64,000 bases of DNA from Selaginella moellendorffii (Eukaryota > Plantae > Lycopodiophyta), in NCBI RefSeq assembly GCF_000143415.4, contig NW_003314429.1, forward strand, positions 141,193-205,192, given 5' to 3'. Positions 1 to 11,071 of this stretch are shown here, piece by piece. Numbering within the stretch: the stretch's first letter is position 1; every line of letters starts with the position of its first letter. The notes under the pieces are model-generated. The model was given only the letters and a program-made list of their open reading frames with translations. It did not search any database and was not told where the DNA came from. Made by a program: the position numbers and the translations under genes.

Positions 1-2337
1 AGGAGAGGCTATGGCGCTTCCAGCACCAGCGACGAAGGAATGCAAGGAAGGACTTTCACAAAAACAAGCAGCAGTGGCTCAGAGGATAAAAGAATTCTCA
101 GCTGGAACAAGATCAAACAAGAGGAGGACAAGAGGAAAAAGGAGATGGTGCTGGAGCTCATTGCTGCATTGAAGGCGGCGAGCGGCTCAAAAGCGATCGA
201 GAGGGGAAGGCAGCTCCATGCCGCAGCGGTTGAGAGTGGCAACGGTTCCAACTTCTACGTTGCGAGCTCTCTCGTGAGCATGTACGCGAGATGTGGCTGC
301 ATGGGCGAGGCTCGCTCGGTGTTTGATGCCATGGAGCACCACGATGTGGTTCTCTGGACAGTGCTCATGCTCGGCTACTCCAAGAACGGCCATGGAGAAG
401 TGACTTTGGAGCTCTTCTCGCGGATGCTGCTCGTCGCAAGGCCGAATTCTCAGACGTTTCTGGCTGTGCTCAAGGGCCTTTCGAGCTTGGCTGCAAGGGA
501 GGAAGGCAGGAGATTCGGTGGAAAGGTGGTGAAGACAAGGACTCTGGAAAGAGTCATGGCTGTCCACTTGCAAGCCGAGGGATTTGGATGCGAGCTGGAT
601 AACTTTGTGGCGAGCTCGCTGGTGGACATTTATGCCAGGTGTGGGAGCATGAGGGATGCTCGCAGAGTTTTCGATCGAATGCCGAGCCACAACTTGGTGG
701 TCTGGACGGCATTGATCCTGGGCTATGCTACGAACGGGGAGAATGAGGTTGGCCTCAGGCTCTTCGCTCGGATGCTTGGCGAAGAAGAAGGACGCAGGAC
801 AGATTCGCAGGCTTTTGTTGCTGCGCTCAAAGCTTGCACGGGGCTGACGGACAGAGAGGTGGCAAACGACTCAGGTGTAAAGATCCAGTGCTTGGAGAAA
901 GGCATGGCTGTGCATCGTGAAGCTGCCAAGAGTGGAGTTGCAACGGAGATATTCGTGGGAAGTGTCCTGGTGGATACATACGCGAAGTGCGGAAGCATGG
1001 AGGACTCCCGCATCGTGTTTGAGAAGATGGTGGCTCAGGACGTGGTCTCGTGGACCGCTCTCCTGTTTGGCTACGCACAGAATGGCGAGAGCGAGCTGAC
1101 CCTTGGGATGTTTGAGAGAATGAAAGCCTCGGGGTGTGCACCGAATGCTCAGACGTTCGTGGCAGTTCTTCACGCGTGCACGAACTTGGCTCTGCGAGAG
1201 GACGGCATTGAAGAGGACGGCAAAGTCCTCAAGGTGAAAGCTCTGGAGAAAGGCATGGCTGTTCATCGGGAAGCTTTCAAGGCCGGGTTTGAGCCGGACA
1301 TCTGTGTGAGCAGCACGCTGGTGGATATGTACTCCAAGTGCGGCAGCGTCCTTCAGGCTCGCCGGGTGTTTGACAGGATGAAGCGCCACGATGTGGTGTC
1401 ATGGACAGCGCTCATACTCGGCTGTGCTCAAAACGACGAGGGAGATATGGCACTGGAGCTCTTCACAAAGATGAGGCTTGAAGAGAAACGTTGCCAGCCC
1501 GACGATCAGACGTTCGTTGCCGTGCTGAAGGCCTGCTCCACAGTTGCATCGCTCGAGTTTGGAAAGAAGATCCATGCAGATATATGCCGGTGTGGACTCG
1601 AGGCTGGCAGGCTTGTCACGAACTCGGTGGTGGATTTCTACGGCAAGTGCGGGAGCATGGTCGTGGCTCACCAGGTTTTCGATTCCGCTAGAACAAGAGC
1701 CCGGGATATAGTCTCGTGGAACTCGCTCATCACAGGCTACAGCCGCCACGGTGAAACCGACGCCGTCCTCGAGCTCTTTGCAAGGATGGTGGAAGAAGGC
1801 TTCCAACCGGATGGCATCACCACACTGGCGGTCTTGAACGCGTGCTGCCATGCCGGGCTGGTTGAAAGAGGGAGGAAGCTCTTCCAGGAGATGTGCTCCC
1901 GGAACGTGACGATGGAGCACTACCACGTCGTGGTGGACATGCTAGGCCGGGCAAACAAACTCCAGGAGGCGGTGGAGATGGCGAACTCGATGCCTTTCGC
2001 AGCGAATGTGGTGACATGGACCATCGTGCTGAGCTCGTGTCACAAGTGGAAGAGCTTGGAATTTGGAAGGCTGGCGTTTGAGGCACTGGTGAAGCTGGAT
2101 GAGAAGCAGGCTGCTACTTACGTTCTCATGGCCAACATCTATGGAAGCTTGGGCATGGTTGAGGAGAAAGCTAGAGTTCATGCGATGAGCAGGAAGATTG
2201 GCGCGTGGAAGAAGCCTGGATCAGTGGTAGTCAATCTCGATTCGTTTGTCAGTTGTGGTGATCATCCTCAAAAGGAAGAGGAAAAGAACTATTATCAAAC
2301 TTGTGACAGACATACTTGTAAAATAGAACTTCTATAA
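1..2337 (+). CDS. PLS-class pentatricopeptide repeat protein with E domain, no DYW (5'-partial)
   Basis: Repeated P-L-S motifs (LVDMYSKCGS..ARRVFDRM..DVVSWTALI.GY..NG; FVAVLKAC), an E region (HYHVVVDMLGRA...ATYVLMANIY) ending at KKPGS, and no HSE/CxxC/DYW. The frame is open from base 1; by comparison with copy B (ATG 29050) the start lies just upstream of the window. Confidence 0.95.
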   Translation, partial: RRGYGASSTSDEGMQGRTFTKTSSSGSEDKRILSWNKIKQEEDKRKKEMVLELIAALKAASGSKAIERGRQLHAAAVESGNGSNFYVASSLVSMYARCGCMGEARSVFDAMEHHDVVLWTVLMLGYSKNGHGEVTLELFSRMLLVARPNSQTFLAVLKGLSSLAAREEGRRFGGKVVKTRTLERVMAVHLQAEGFGCELDNFVASSLVDIYARCGSMRDARRVFDRMPSHNLVVWTALILGYATNGENEVGLRLFARMLGEEEGRRTDSQAFVAALKACTGLTDREVANDSGVKIQCLEKGMAVHREAAKSGVATEIFVGSVLVDTYAKCGSMEDSRIVFEKMVAQDVVSWTALLFGYAQNGESELTLGMFERMKASGCAPNAQTFVAVLHACTNLALREDGIEEDGKVLKVKALEKGMAVHREAFKAGFEPDICVSSTLVDMYSKCGSVLQARRVFDRMKRHDVVSWTALILGCAQNDEGDMALELFTKMRLEEKRCQPDDQTFVAVLKACSTVASLEFGKKIHADICRCGLEAGRLVTNSVVDFYGKCGSMVVAHQVFDSARTRARDIVSWNSLITGYSRHGETDAVLELFARMVEEGFQPDGITTLAVLNACCHAGLVERGRKLFQEMCSRNVTMEHYHVVVDMLGRANKLQEAVEMANSMPFAANVVTWTIVLSSCHKWKSLEFGRLAFEALVKLDEKQAATYVLMANIYGSLGMVEEKARVHAMSRKIGAWKKPGSVVVNLDSFVSCGDHPQKEEEKNYYQTCDRHTCKIELL

Positions 2338-2521
2338 ACTCACTCCATTTTGTATCAAACTTTCTTTTGGTAGGAAAGAGGTTAGAGTGAAGCTTTGGAA
2401 GTGAAAGAGAACAAACCTGGCGGATGGCATGACCCAATGACGTGCATCATGAATCAGCTAAACCTGTAAAGGTGACAATGTTAAACAAGTCATTTGATCA
2501 TACAAACCACGCAGGAGCCCC

Positions 2522-2530
2522 TATATAAAA
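2522..2530 (+). promoter_or_regulatory. TATA box of H1-A
   Basis: TATATAAAA ~65 bp upstream of ATG 2591. Copy B has TATTTAAA at the equivalent position (~31676). Confidence 0.6.
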
Positions 2531-2590
2531 GCCCCTGGTGATCAGGACTATGAATCAATCAGTGCTCCATATTTACAAAAGAGAGTGTCA

Positions 2591-2841
2591 ATGGCTTCCT
2601 CCACTCAGTTTGTTCTTGCATTCTTTCTAGTGGCAATAAGCCTTATCAACGTTGAATCCCAGGATTCAGAAAAATGTAGCGGGGGTACTACCGTCTGTTG
2701 CTCCAATATCGATTCTTCTAAAGATCTTGTTGATATCGATCTAGTTGCTCTTTTGGGATTCAAAAACTTCGCCTGCATACTCAATCAGGTTAAGTGTGAA
2801 ACACTGAAATCTGCTGCAAGGAGAAATGCAAAGCTATTTAG
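2591..2841 (+). pseudogene. Hydrophobin-like secreted 8-Cys protein H1-A, frameshifted
   Basis: Signal peptide followed by C-x6-CC-x24-C-x6-C. Restoring one A in the run at 2799-2801 gives ENTEI-CC-KEK-C-KAI-stop (TAG 2839-2841), matching the end of H1-B. Confidence 0.8.
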
Positions 2842-3097
2842 GCCAATCAAGCACCAAGAAACAAAAGCATAAATAAATTCCTCTTAAATCACTAAATCGA
2901 CAAAGCTTTCTTTCTCAATGTTTTTGACCTAGTGCGTTGGTATTGATATCAGCTATTTTAAACTCTGTCAGGCAACACTTTTTCTTCCCAGGAGCATTTT
3001 GGATTTAAAAGCTGCATTTATCGTTCATTACATAATGAGTCTGAACTCGCAGATATCCAAACACTCTTAGCTTCTAGTCAATGATCATAATTTCCCT

Positions 3098-6040
3098 TCA
3101 GCTAGATACTCCGCCACCGCCGCCACCGCCACCACAACCACCGCCGCCACCACCACCACCTCCTCCGCCACACCCGCCACCACCACCTCCGCCACACCCG
3201 CCACCACCACCTCCGCCACCTCCTCCACAACCTCCGCCTCCGCCTCCGCCTCCGCCACCTCCTGCTCCACCACATCCCCCACCTCCACTGATGCCACACC
3301 CGCCTCCACCAGCACCACCTCCGCCACAATACGAACCACCTCCATCATACCAGCACTGGCCATCACCGCCAAAACCATCACCACCACCAACATCATCGCC
3401 ACCGTCACCACCGTCGCCCCCGTGCTCTCCCCCGTGCTCTTCCCCGTGCTCTCCCCCGCCCTCTCCGCCTCCGTCCTTGCGGCGACGGCGATCAACTGTC
3501 ACAGCACCTGGTCAAGCAGCAATGTTCTTAGAATTTGCGTGCAAAGAAACTTGTTTCTCACCCCAATGATCTTGTTCTTCTTCTGAGATGATCACTCGTT
3601 TCCTCGTATTCGTCCACGAAGGAATGCCTTTGCCGAGCATATCCGACACGGACATGCTTATGGTTGCCAGCAAAAGAAGCACAAGCAGCACATCCTCATT
3701 GCGATCAATCTGAGACAAATCAAATCACAAAATTGGAGCTAAACTTCGATTAAAGTCTACCTGCATGCCACCAGACCGCCAGTTGAAAAGAGCTGTCGCC
3801 TTGCCTTGAGGAGCGTCTCTTGTGNNNNNNNNNNNNNNNNNNNNNNNNNNNNNNNNNNNNNNNNNNNNNNNNNNNNNNNNNNNNNNNNNNNNNNNNNNNN
3901 NNNNNNNNNNNNNNNNNNNNNNNNNNNNNNNNNNNNNNNNNCACTATATCAGAGAATCTGTACCACTATATATGCAGACTAACTCACCGGACAGTCGTGG
4001 GATTTCATTTCAACGCGGAGCTGTGGTTTCATGTTCCAGTGCTTATCCTTGACATCTCTGTTAACAGTTAAAATAGCCTTCCCGTTCATTAGAGACCATC
4101 TCCTAGACACTGAAGATGGTTTCTCTAGTTGCCATGCAGATCCTAGAATTCACCTGAGAAAACAAAGCAACACCATAAATCTTTTGCAAAACATGTCCAG
4201 AAGATGCTCATACCATTTACGGAGCCAGTGTTGTAAGAACCGTCGTATGTCCACCCTCCTTTGTGAACATGGATAACTTTATCGGTGTCGAGAATGCTCC
4301 TTAGCAAAAGCCCTCCACCCTTGTATCTAAAGCAAAAGTTGCCACATTAGTTCTAGAAAAAGTGGCTCAATTTGCAAACCTGCAACGGACGACGAAGGAT
4401 TCGTTTCTGGTGTGGTCGAAAACATTCCTTGTTATCCACATGCCTTCTCTGTGACTGTGGAGGCTGTGAGTGGCACAGTCGTCTCCCGTGTCTCTCACTC
4501 TCACGCTTCTGAAGAGATAAGGCGCAGTGACTGGAGGAGTAACGGAGATGTAAACCAGCACCGACACTTCTCGGTCCTTCTTTGTCTCCAGCAATGGAAA
4601 CCAGCCGCTGAGTGATTGCGTTTCCGAGCGGATGACAGTTTTCCATGGAATCAGGAGCAGGCCCACGGTTTTGGATATCAAAAAGCGCTTCTGTCGAACT
4701 GCGAGCACCAGCCCTTCGGTGGAGAGCTCAGCTGTTATGGTTGAGACTACGCTCCGATGAGAGGAAGCCTTCATTCGTTGGCTCTCGAGATTCAGATACT
4801 TTTGATGGTTTAACGAGCTTATCACGTAGTAGATGGTCCTATCGTCTGGCAAACCTCTGGTACCTCTTACGGAGAGATGAACCTGCATAAATCGAATCAG
4901 ATCAGACGAGATTGACAATAAATCTGCGAACTCCAATACCTGAATGGTCTTTCGCTCAGCCAAGTCATAGTCGTTTTCACTAGCGAGCCTGGCGAGCTTG
5001 GCTGGATCATAAGCAGGTGTTCCGGGAATGGATGCTGGTGGCTCCCCTCTATACATGCACCCTGCTTTCTCGTATGGAAGGCCATACGTGTCTTCCCACA
5101 TAGATCGAGTCTTTGTGAATCCATTGTCCAGTTTTCCTCCAGAATCTCGGTTGCTATCTGTGTCGTCATGCTCGAAGATCCTTCCCAGTACCTGTGTGAG
5201 ATCGTTGTGGTAGCTCACAGGGTGAAGCTGATGTGTATGCCATATTAAATCGATGTCGTAAGTGGGAACGAAAAATGTTGATGTGCCAGACTTGCGTACG
5301 AGATGGAGAAACGCCTTGTAACGTGCAACAGCAGCTACCAAGAAGCTCTCGTCCAGGTAATGCGGCTCAGAAACCTGCGTACTCAAAGTTAATTTGCTTC
5401 CAAGGAAAGATCGTCACTTGCCTGATAGTAGAAACTTTTCTGCCTGAGAGCTGCTTCTGCCAAATCATAAAAGATATTGGTTGGTCTTTCGGTATATCGC
5501 CTTGTTGAGTCTCCACCGTAAATGTCAAGAGTGTATGGTTCGTCTGGAAAATTCGAAGCCCATGTACTGGCGCTTTGTTGGAGATCATTTCTGTGCCTCG
5601 CCAAAGAAGGTCCGTCCACAATTTTACCGAACAATCTCTTACAGTCGTCAGCATATTGAACCTAGTCAGACACGTAACTTTAGTAGATTGAAGTGGACAG
5701 ACAATGAATAGCCACACTTACAGGATTCAAGCGATGGCAATGCCATATCCAGCCGCAGTCGAGTGGCGGGACAAAAGTCCCAGAAGAATTTGCTAACAGC
5801 GGAAGGCAGCAGTACTGGTACCTAGAATCCAAGAAGAAATCAGCAAACTAGATCAAACAAGTAAATATCTTACCTCTCAATTGCCCTTTCCAGAACAGGC
5901 CTCTCAAACAGCTTGAAATTGGCATGTACCAGCGAAAGGAACTCCAACTGTGATTTTGCAGCTGCTACCACATCCAGAGAGAGCGTAATTTCTTGAGCCT
6001 TGCGCCATTCATTCACTTGATTCACGGAAAGCGAAGCCAT
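3098..6040 (-). CDS. GRDP: Glycine-rich domain-containing protein (DUF1399 family), multi-exon, copy A
   Basis: ATG 6040. Exons encode LDVVAAAKSQLEFL, PPLDCGWIWHCHRLNP and VPTYDIDLIWHTHQLHP..EHDDTDSNR..KL, with a C-terminal (GGGC)n tail. Short introns include 5822-5873, 5375-5421 (GC-AG) and 4883-4939. Contains an N gap (3825-3941) and a 1-bp deletion near 4149 that may disrupt it. Confidence 0.88.
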
Positions 6041-6406
6041 TGTTGTAGTCTGTGAGTCGAGCACACTGCTTGGTCTGCTTAAATAAGCGGGAAGAAGCTG
6101 CCTGCTTTGACTCTTTGAAGGATGCGTAGAGAGTTCGGAAATTCGATGTGTCTTAGAGCTTTTGGATGTTCAGGCTAGTTTACGGCGACGGCCAATGATC
6201 TCGCAATCCACGCGGGGCTCGTAGAGAGTTTCAAGGTCAGTGTGTATCATTGACTGGCGTCGCAGGATCGTCGAACTTGCTTTTTTCGTCAAGTCGTCTT
6301 TACCAAGACTTTTTTTGTTACTGTGTCAAAGGATGTGCGTCCACGATAGCCTGAAACAAAACATAAAAAAAAAAAAAAATCAGTAGGAGAAGTTTCGACT
6401 GTACTT

Positions 6407-7236
6407 TCAAGGGAAATCCACGTCCTTTTGGGCCAAGAGAAGCTCAAAACGAGGAACGAGAAGTACTCTTCCATGTCCTTTAACACTCGCTACTTCGTGC
6501 CTGGGTTGAAAAAAAAACGGCACAAAATTAGAGAGACTGTCCTCAGCGAAGATCTTTCCTTCCCATGGAGGATGGATGGATACAACACATCCGACCTGTA
6601 CATCGGGAGAAAGGCTGTCGAAAATAGCGGTGGCAGCTTCAAAGGTCTCCAAAACCTCGCACTTTGTGGATGTGAGATGTGCCTCAGGCGACGATTTCTC
6701 GAGCACTCGTAAAGTGAGAGAACCATCTAAAGCAAGGAACCATGATCATGTCGAAGAGAACAAAACAGGGAAAGACATACCAGCTGGTTTCATGTCTGAG
6801 CTCAAGTGATTGTGGCGCCCTCCCAGTTGTGCCAAGAGCGCTTCAAACCTTTACGAATCAAAGAAACGTCAGATGTTAAGGACGGCATGGAAGAGCCACT
6901 GACTTAGACTTTGACGAGGTTTCTGCCGGAAGATCACCGCCGTCGCTGCTAAACTCTTGAAGCTCTTGCACAGAAAGCTTGGTCAAGGATGCATCCTAGA
7001 AAAACAATCAGTGAGAGGAGAAGAAAGAGAAGGGCCAGGCTATGTCTCGTTACCTCGGACGTGGTATCACTTTCGATCGGATCAAGGCTAGAATCCACCC
7101 TGGAAGAGAATGATCGCTAGAAATGAAGAATAGAATCACTGGAAATGCAGCTACCTCGTGCTTGCCTTGCGCCCAACATCGTCGTCGTCGTCGGCATCTG
7201 AGATTCCATCCTCCAGCTCCAGTGGCCGTCGCGGGC
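6407..7236 (-). pseudogene. Unknown multi-exon gene X, copy A (start codon deleted)
   Basis: Exons separated by ~55-bp GT-AG introns join in frame (ELEDGISDADDDDDVGRK / DASLTKLSVQELQEF / FEALLAQLGG / DGSLTLRVLEKS...VSIHPPW / HEVASVKG..DFP*). A 6-bp deletion at 7236/7237 relative to copy B removes the ATG, and an in-frame TAA lies just upstream. Confidence 0.55.
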
Positions 7237-9459
7237 TGCCCCGGGTTTAAACGAGAATATGGCGTGGCTGTTGTTTAAGTAGTTCTGACATATCATGAAC
7301 CGTTGGATGAATTCTAGCACATAGACTTTTATAGGTCGGCATGTTGTCTTTGTTCAGGTACACAGAAAGCATCAGCTCGTAGATGAGATGACACAGTTTG
7401 CGACGATTTTTCCTTGGTTTGAATGGATGTCAGGACAATCTTGGTGACCACAACCATGGCAGGCCAAAAGCCATTTGACCTACATTCCCAGGAAGGGAGA
7501 TGAAGTGATTGTAATGGTTAAATATATATGAACATTCCCCAATGTCCCATAGGGATTGTTAGTGTTGTCATCAAGAAACTAATCTAATGATGCATACCTA
7601 TTGCAGCCAACCACAACAAAAACATCAAGAGTGCAAACACCACTGCCCTCAACCTCCAGCCAAAGCTGACCATATGTAGGTGAGGTACTAGCCTTGGGGA
7701 TATCCTTGCTGTGATGCTTTATTTCTTGATCATGGAATTCTTGTATAAGTTCCTCCCTCCAAAATCTATTTTAATCCCTGTTGAAGCATAGTCACTACCG
7801 TGACTTGTGAAAGCAAGGAGTATATAAGTATTGTATCCCTATACATGTGTGTGTCTACTGTATATTCTGTCCTAACATGGTCTTAGAGGATTAAGGGCAA
7901 TTTGTAAGTGATGGGAAAGTATAGTGGATTTGAGGGATTTTTGTCTAATTGTTGAGAGGAAGCTGAAAAAGAAGAAGGTTCTTGGGTTACTCACTTGAAA
8001 GGAGCAGCCACCATCAAGGCTGAATGAAATAGATCATGGTTTAAGTAGGCTAAGTTGCCAAGTCATCCTAGACATATTCAAGCATCATCAGTCTTTGGAG
8101 GAATGGCCATATAACTAATAAGCTTACTAGACTATACAAATTTATAATTCTATATAGACTTTGAATTTAGTGAGTGTAACACATGTTTAATCCCATTACA
8201 GATAGCCAAGGGTATCCATGACATACTAGTTTGTTATGTTAATGTTGAGAAGGGAGCCTCTCAACAGCGGGAAAAACACTCTATCATACTCTAAAATCCA
8301 ATTCTCCATTGTTTGAATATTCTAGGGTATGGGCACAGGGGTATATTCCCCATTTTTTAGGGCAGAGAGTTCACAAAGAGATATTTTTATATTTTAGAGA
8401 ATCTTGCTCAACTCTAACCATCTAAAGAATGCATTAACTCTGTTGCACGTGAGAACGCAAGGCTTAAGTATTGGTGTAGACTCCAATATGATGTCCTGTG
8501 TTAACAACTGTTGTGAGGAAAAAAGACTAAAGAAAAATGAAGAAAAAAGAAGATGAAGAAAAAAGAAAGTGTAGAGTTCTGGAGTTAAAAGGAAACCATA
8601 TGGGAGAAGTTGACAAAAGAACTAGATACTAAAACAAAAAGAGATAAAATGGAGAAAAAACAAGTGAAAATAAGAGAAAACCTCTAAAAAAAACCTTAAA
8701 CCTCTAAAAAAAACAGCATGGAAGAACAGAGTCATCAAGGATGCATCCTAGAAAAAGACCTCATTACCTCGCACTCGATTTTGTTACGGTTTAAGGTTTA
8801 TTGGCAATCACTAGAATTCATGGTCGATGAAGTGAGTGACAAGCGTGGCCGCTGTGCTGTTGTTTGTACCAACATTCTCCTACTCACTTACAAGCACAGG
8901 AGCCATAAATCTTGGGATGTTGGCCAGGTTTTTAGCCTTCCAAACATTATTCTTTTATTGTATTTATGTTTTCGAAACATGAGAAAGTATAAATCAGCAG
9001 AGAAGGTTTGGATTTCGAGTCATGAGATGGTAGGCTTATCCCAGCCGAAAACTTCCGGGTAGTGGTTGCCTACATATATCCGATGCAAGTAAAAGTTTTT
9101 TTGAGTCTTCTTAGACAAACATATCTTTCTTTTTTAGTTTAGACTTTATTCTACTAAGGTTGAGTGGGGATTACAAATTTGAGTGGTTTCCAAAAACACA
9201 GGCAATGGGAAATTGCTACAACAAATAACGACGTACTATACTATTGGTTGATTTAACCGGTGAATTATCTCTTTTAGCCTTTTTCTTTCCCAACAGTATC
9301 AAAGAGGGTATTTGTAATGCATGTGATTATGGTACTGTCACCGTAGATCCTTGGAACCTTGGGGGATAAATAGGGATAAAATAGCCACTAAAGGCTCTCT
9401 CATTAAGCAATTACCCCTTTTTCAGTTGGTTTAAGGGGAGAGAGATAATGTGCGTTACA

Positions 9460-10490
9460 TGGTATCAAAGCAAATGGTATGGGTTCGATTCCCATTGATT
9501 AGTATTTACATTGATTAGTGGTTACTTAAAAGTTTAATATACCCTTGAGCAAGGTATTCCTACCCGAAATCATATGTATTGAGCATCCATGCATACGTCT
9601 TTCTTCTTGTGTGAAGTATCCACGGACAAAGGTATCCATCGTGTGCCGAAATCATATGTATTAAGCATCCATGTGTACATCTTTCCTTTTGTGTGAAGTA
9701 TCTACGGACGAAGGTATCCACCGCGTGACTACCACACACGGGTGTTACCTCACATGGAATAGCTAGTTTACACAATAGAAAGATTGGTGAAGTATCTATA
9801 GACGAAGGTATCCACCGTGTGACTACCACACACGGGTGTTACCTCATATGGAATAGCTAATTTATACAATAGAAAGATTGGTAGATTGGATTGAATTGGA
9901 GGTGTTAGTTTCCCTTGGCTCAATAGGGGTTATTAATCAAAAGTTACCAAGATACTGGATTGGTAGATTTAGTGCGGAAATGGAGTCAATAGTTACCCTC
10001 TTATGTGAAGTATCCATGGACGAAAGTATCCACCATGGGACTATGGTACATGTGACTACCACACACGAGTGTTGCCTATTGGATTGGATTGGAGGTGCTG
10101 GTTCCCCTTGGTTCAATAGAGGTTGTTAATCAAAAGTTACCAAGATACCGGATTGGTAGATTTAATGCAGAAATGGAGGTGTTAGCTTAGTAGAGGTTGT
10201 TAGTCAATAGTTACCCTCTTGTGTGAATTATCCATGGATGAAGGTATCCACCGTGGGATTACAGTACATATGACTACCACACACGGGTGTTGCCTCACAT
10301 GGAATAGCTTGTCTACACAATGGAAGGATTAGTAGATTGGATTGAATTAAAGGTGTTGGTTCTCCTTGGCTCAGTAAGGGTTGTTAATTAATAGTTACCA
10401 AGATACTAAATTCGTAGATTTAGTGTGGAAATGGAGGTGTTAATTCCCTTTAGCTCAGTAGAGGTTGTTAGTCAATAGTTACTAAAATAC
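9460..10490 (+). repeat. Degenerate tandem repeat array downstream of a tRNA-iMet-type PBS-like motif (probable LTR-element remnant)
   Basis: ...TTACA followed by TGGTATCAAAGC at 9460. Recurring modules GTGACTACCACACACGGGTGTT, GATTGGTAGATTGGATTG and CCCCTTGGCTCAATAGGGG. No second LTR found. Confidence 0.6.
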
Positions 10491-11071
10491 CAAAGAACCA
10501 CAAAGGCCCTTGGATGCCCAAATGCTTGATTTTGCTTTGGGACAAGATCATGGCATACCTACCTCAAGTGAGCAGTCGGAGTGGGGCAGGGAATAAGAAA
10601 ACTAAAAGATAATGGGAGGATAGATAGAAAGCCCACCTCTTTGTGCATACATATATATAATGAAATCAAAAGTAACTTTGTCAAATTGTCCAGTCTCAAA
10701 AATTTCAAATGGGGCTCTTCCATCCATTGGTTGTCCTTAGGAAAATGCACAGACACATTCAGTTTCCACAGCATCTTCAGCATTCACTGAGCAAAGCCAC
10801 TCAGATGAGGTGCACAAAATTTGTCTAAGAATCAAGTACAATCACTTGATCACCTATTCCAAAAGAATAAAAAACAGAAAAAAGAATGAAACAAGTACAA
10901 TTCGAGACATACTGCTCCAGTAAGTCTCTTAAGACATAAAGCATAAAGGATCATTCGTACTCTGCTGGGCACCTGGAGTATCTGAAGCCTGTCATGGGGA
11001 GAATAGTATGCATGACCCAGTAGCAACCTCAAATCTCTATAAATTTGCAAGTTTAGGGTTGTCATTTTAGA

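Noticed and set aside
3081-3569. Pro-rich extensin-like ORF on the + strand (also 32304-32528)
   Set aside because: Antisense shadow of the GRDP glycine tail. It has no signal peptide and the minus-strand exon splices in frame into GRDP.
3750-4071. ORFs containing X runs (also 17427-17702)
   Set aside because: Artefacts of N gaps; copy B shows GRDP exon or non-coding sequence at these positions.
9460-9495. Possible tRNA gene
   Set aside because: Only a T-arm-like hairpin and a PBS-like motif; no cloverleaf could be built.
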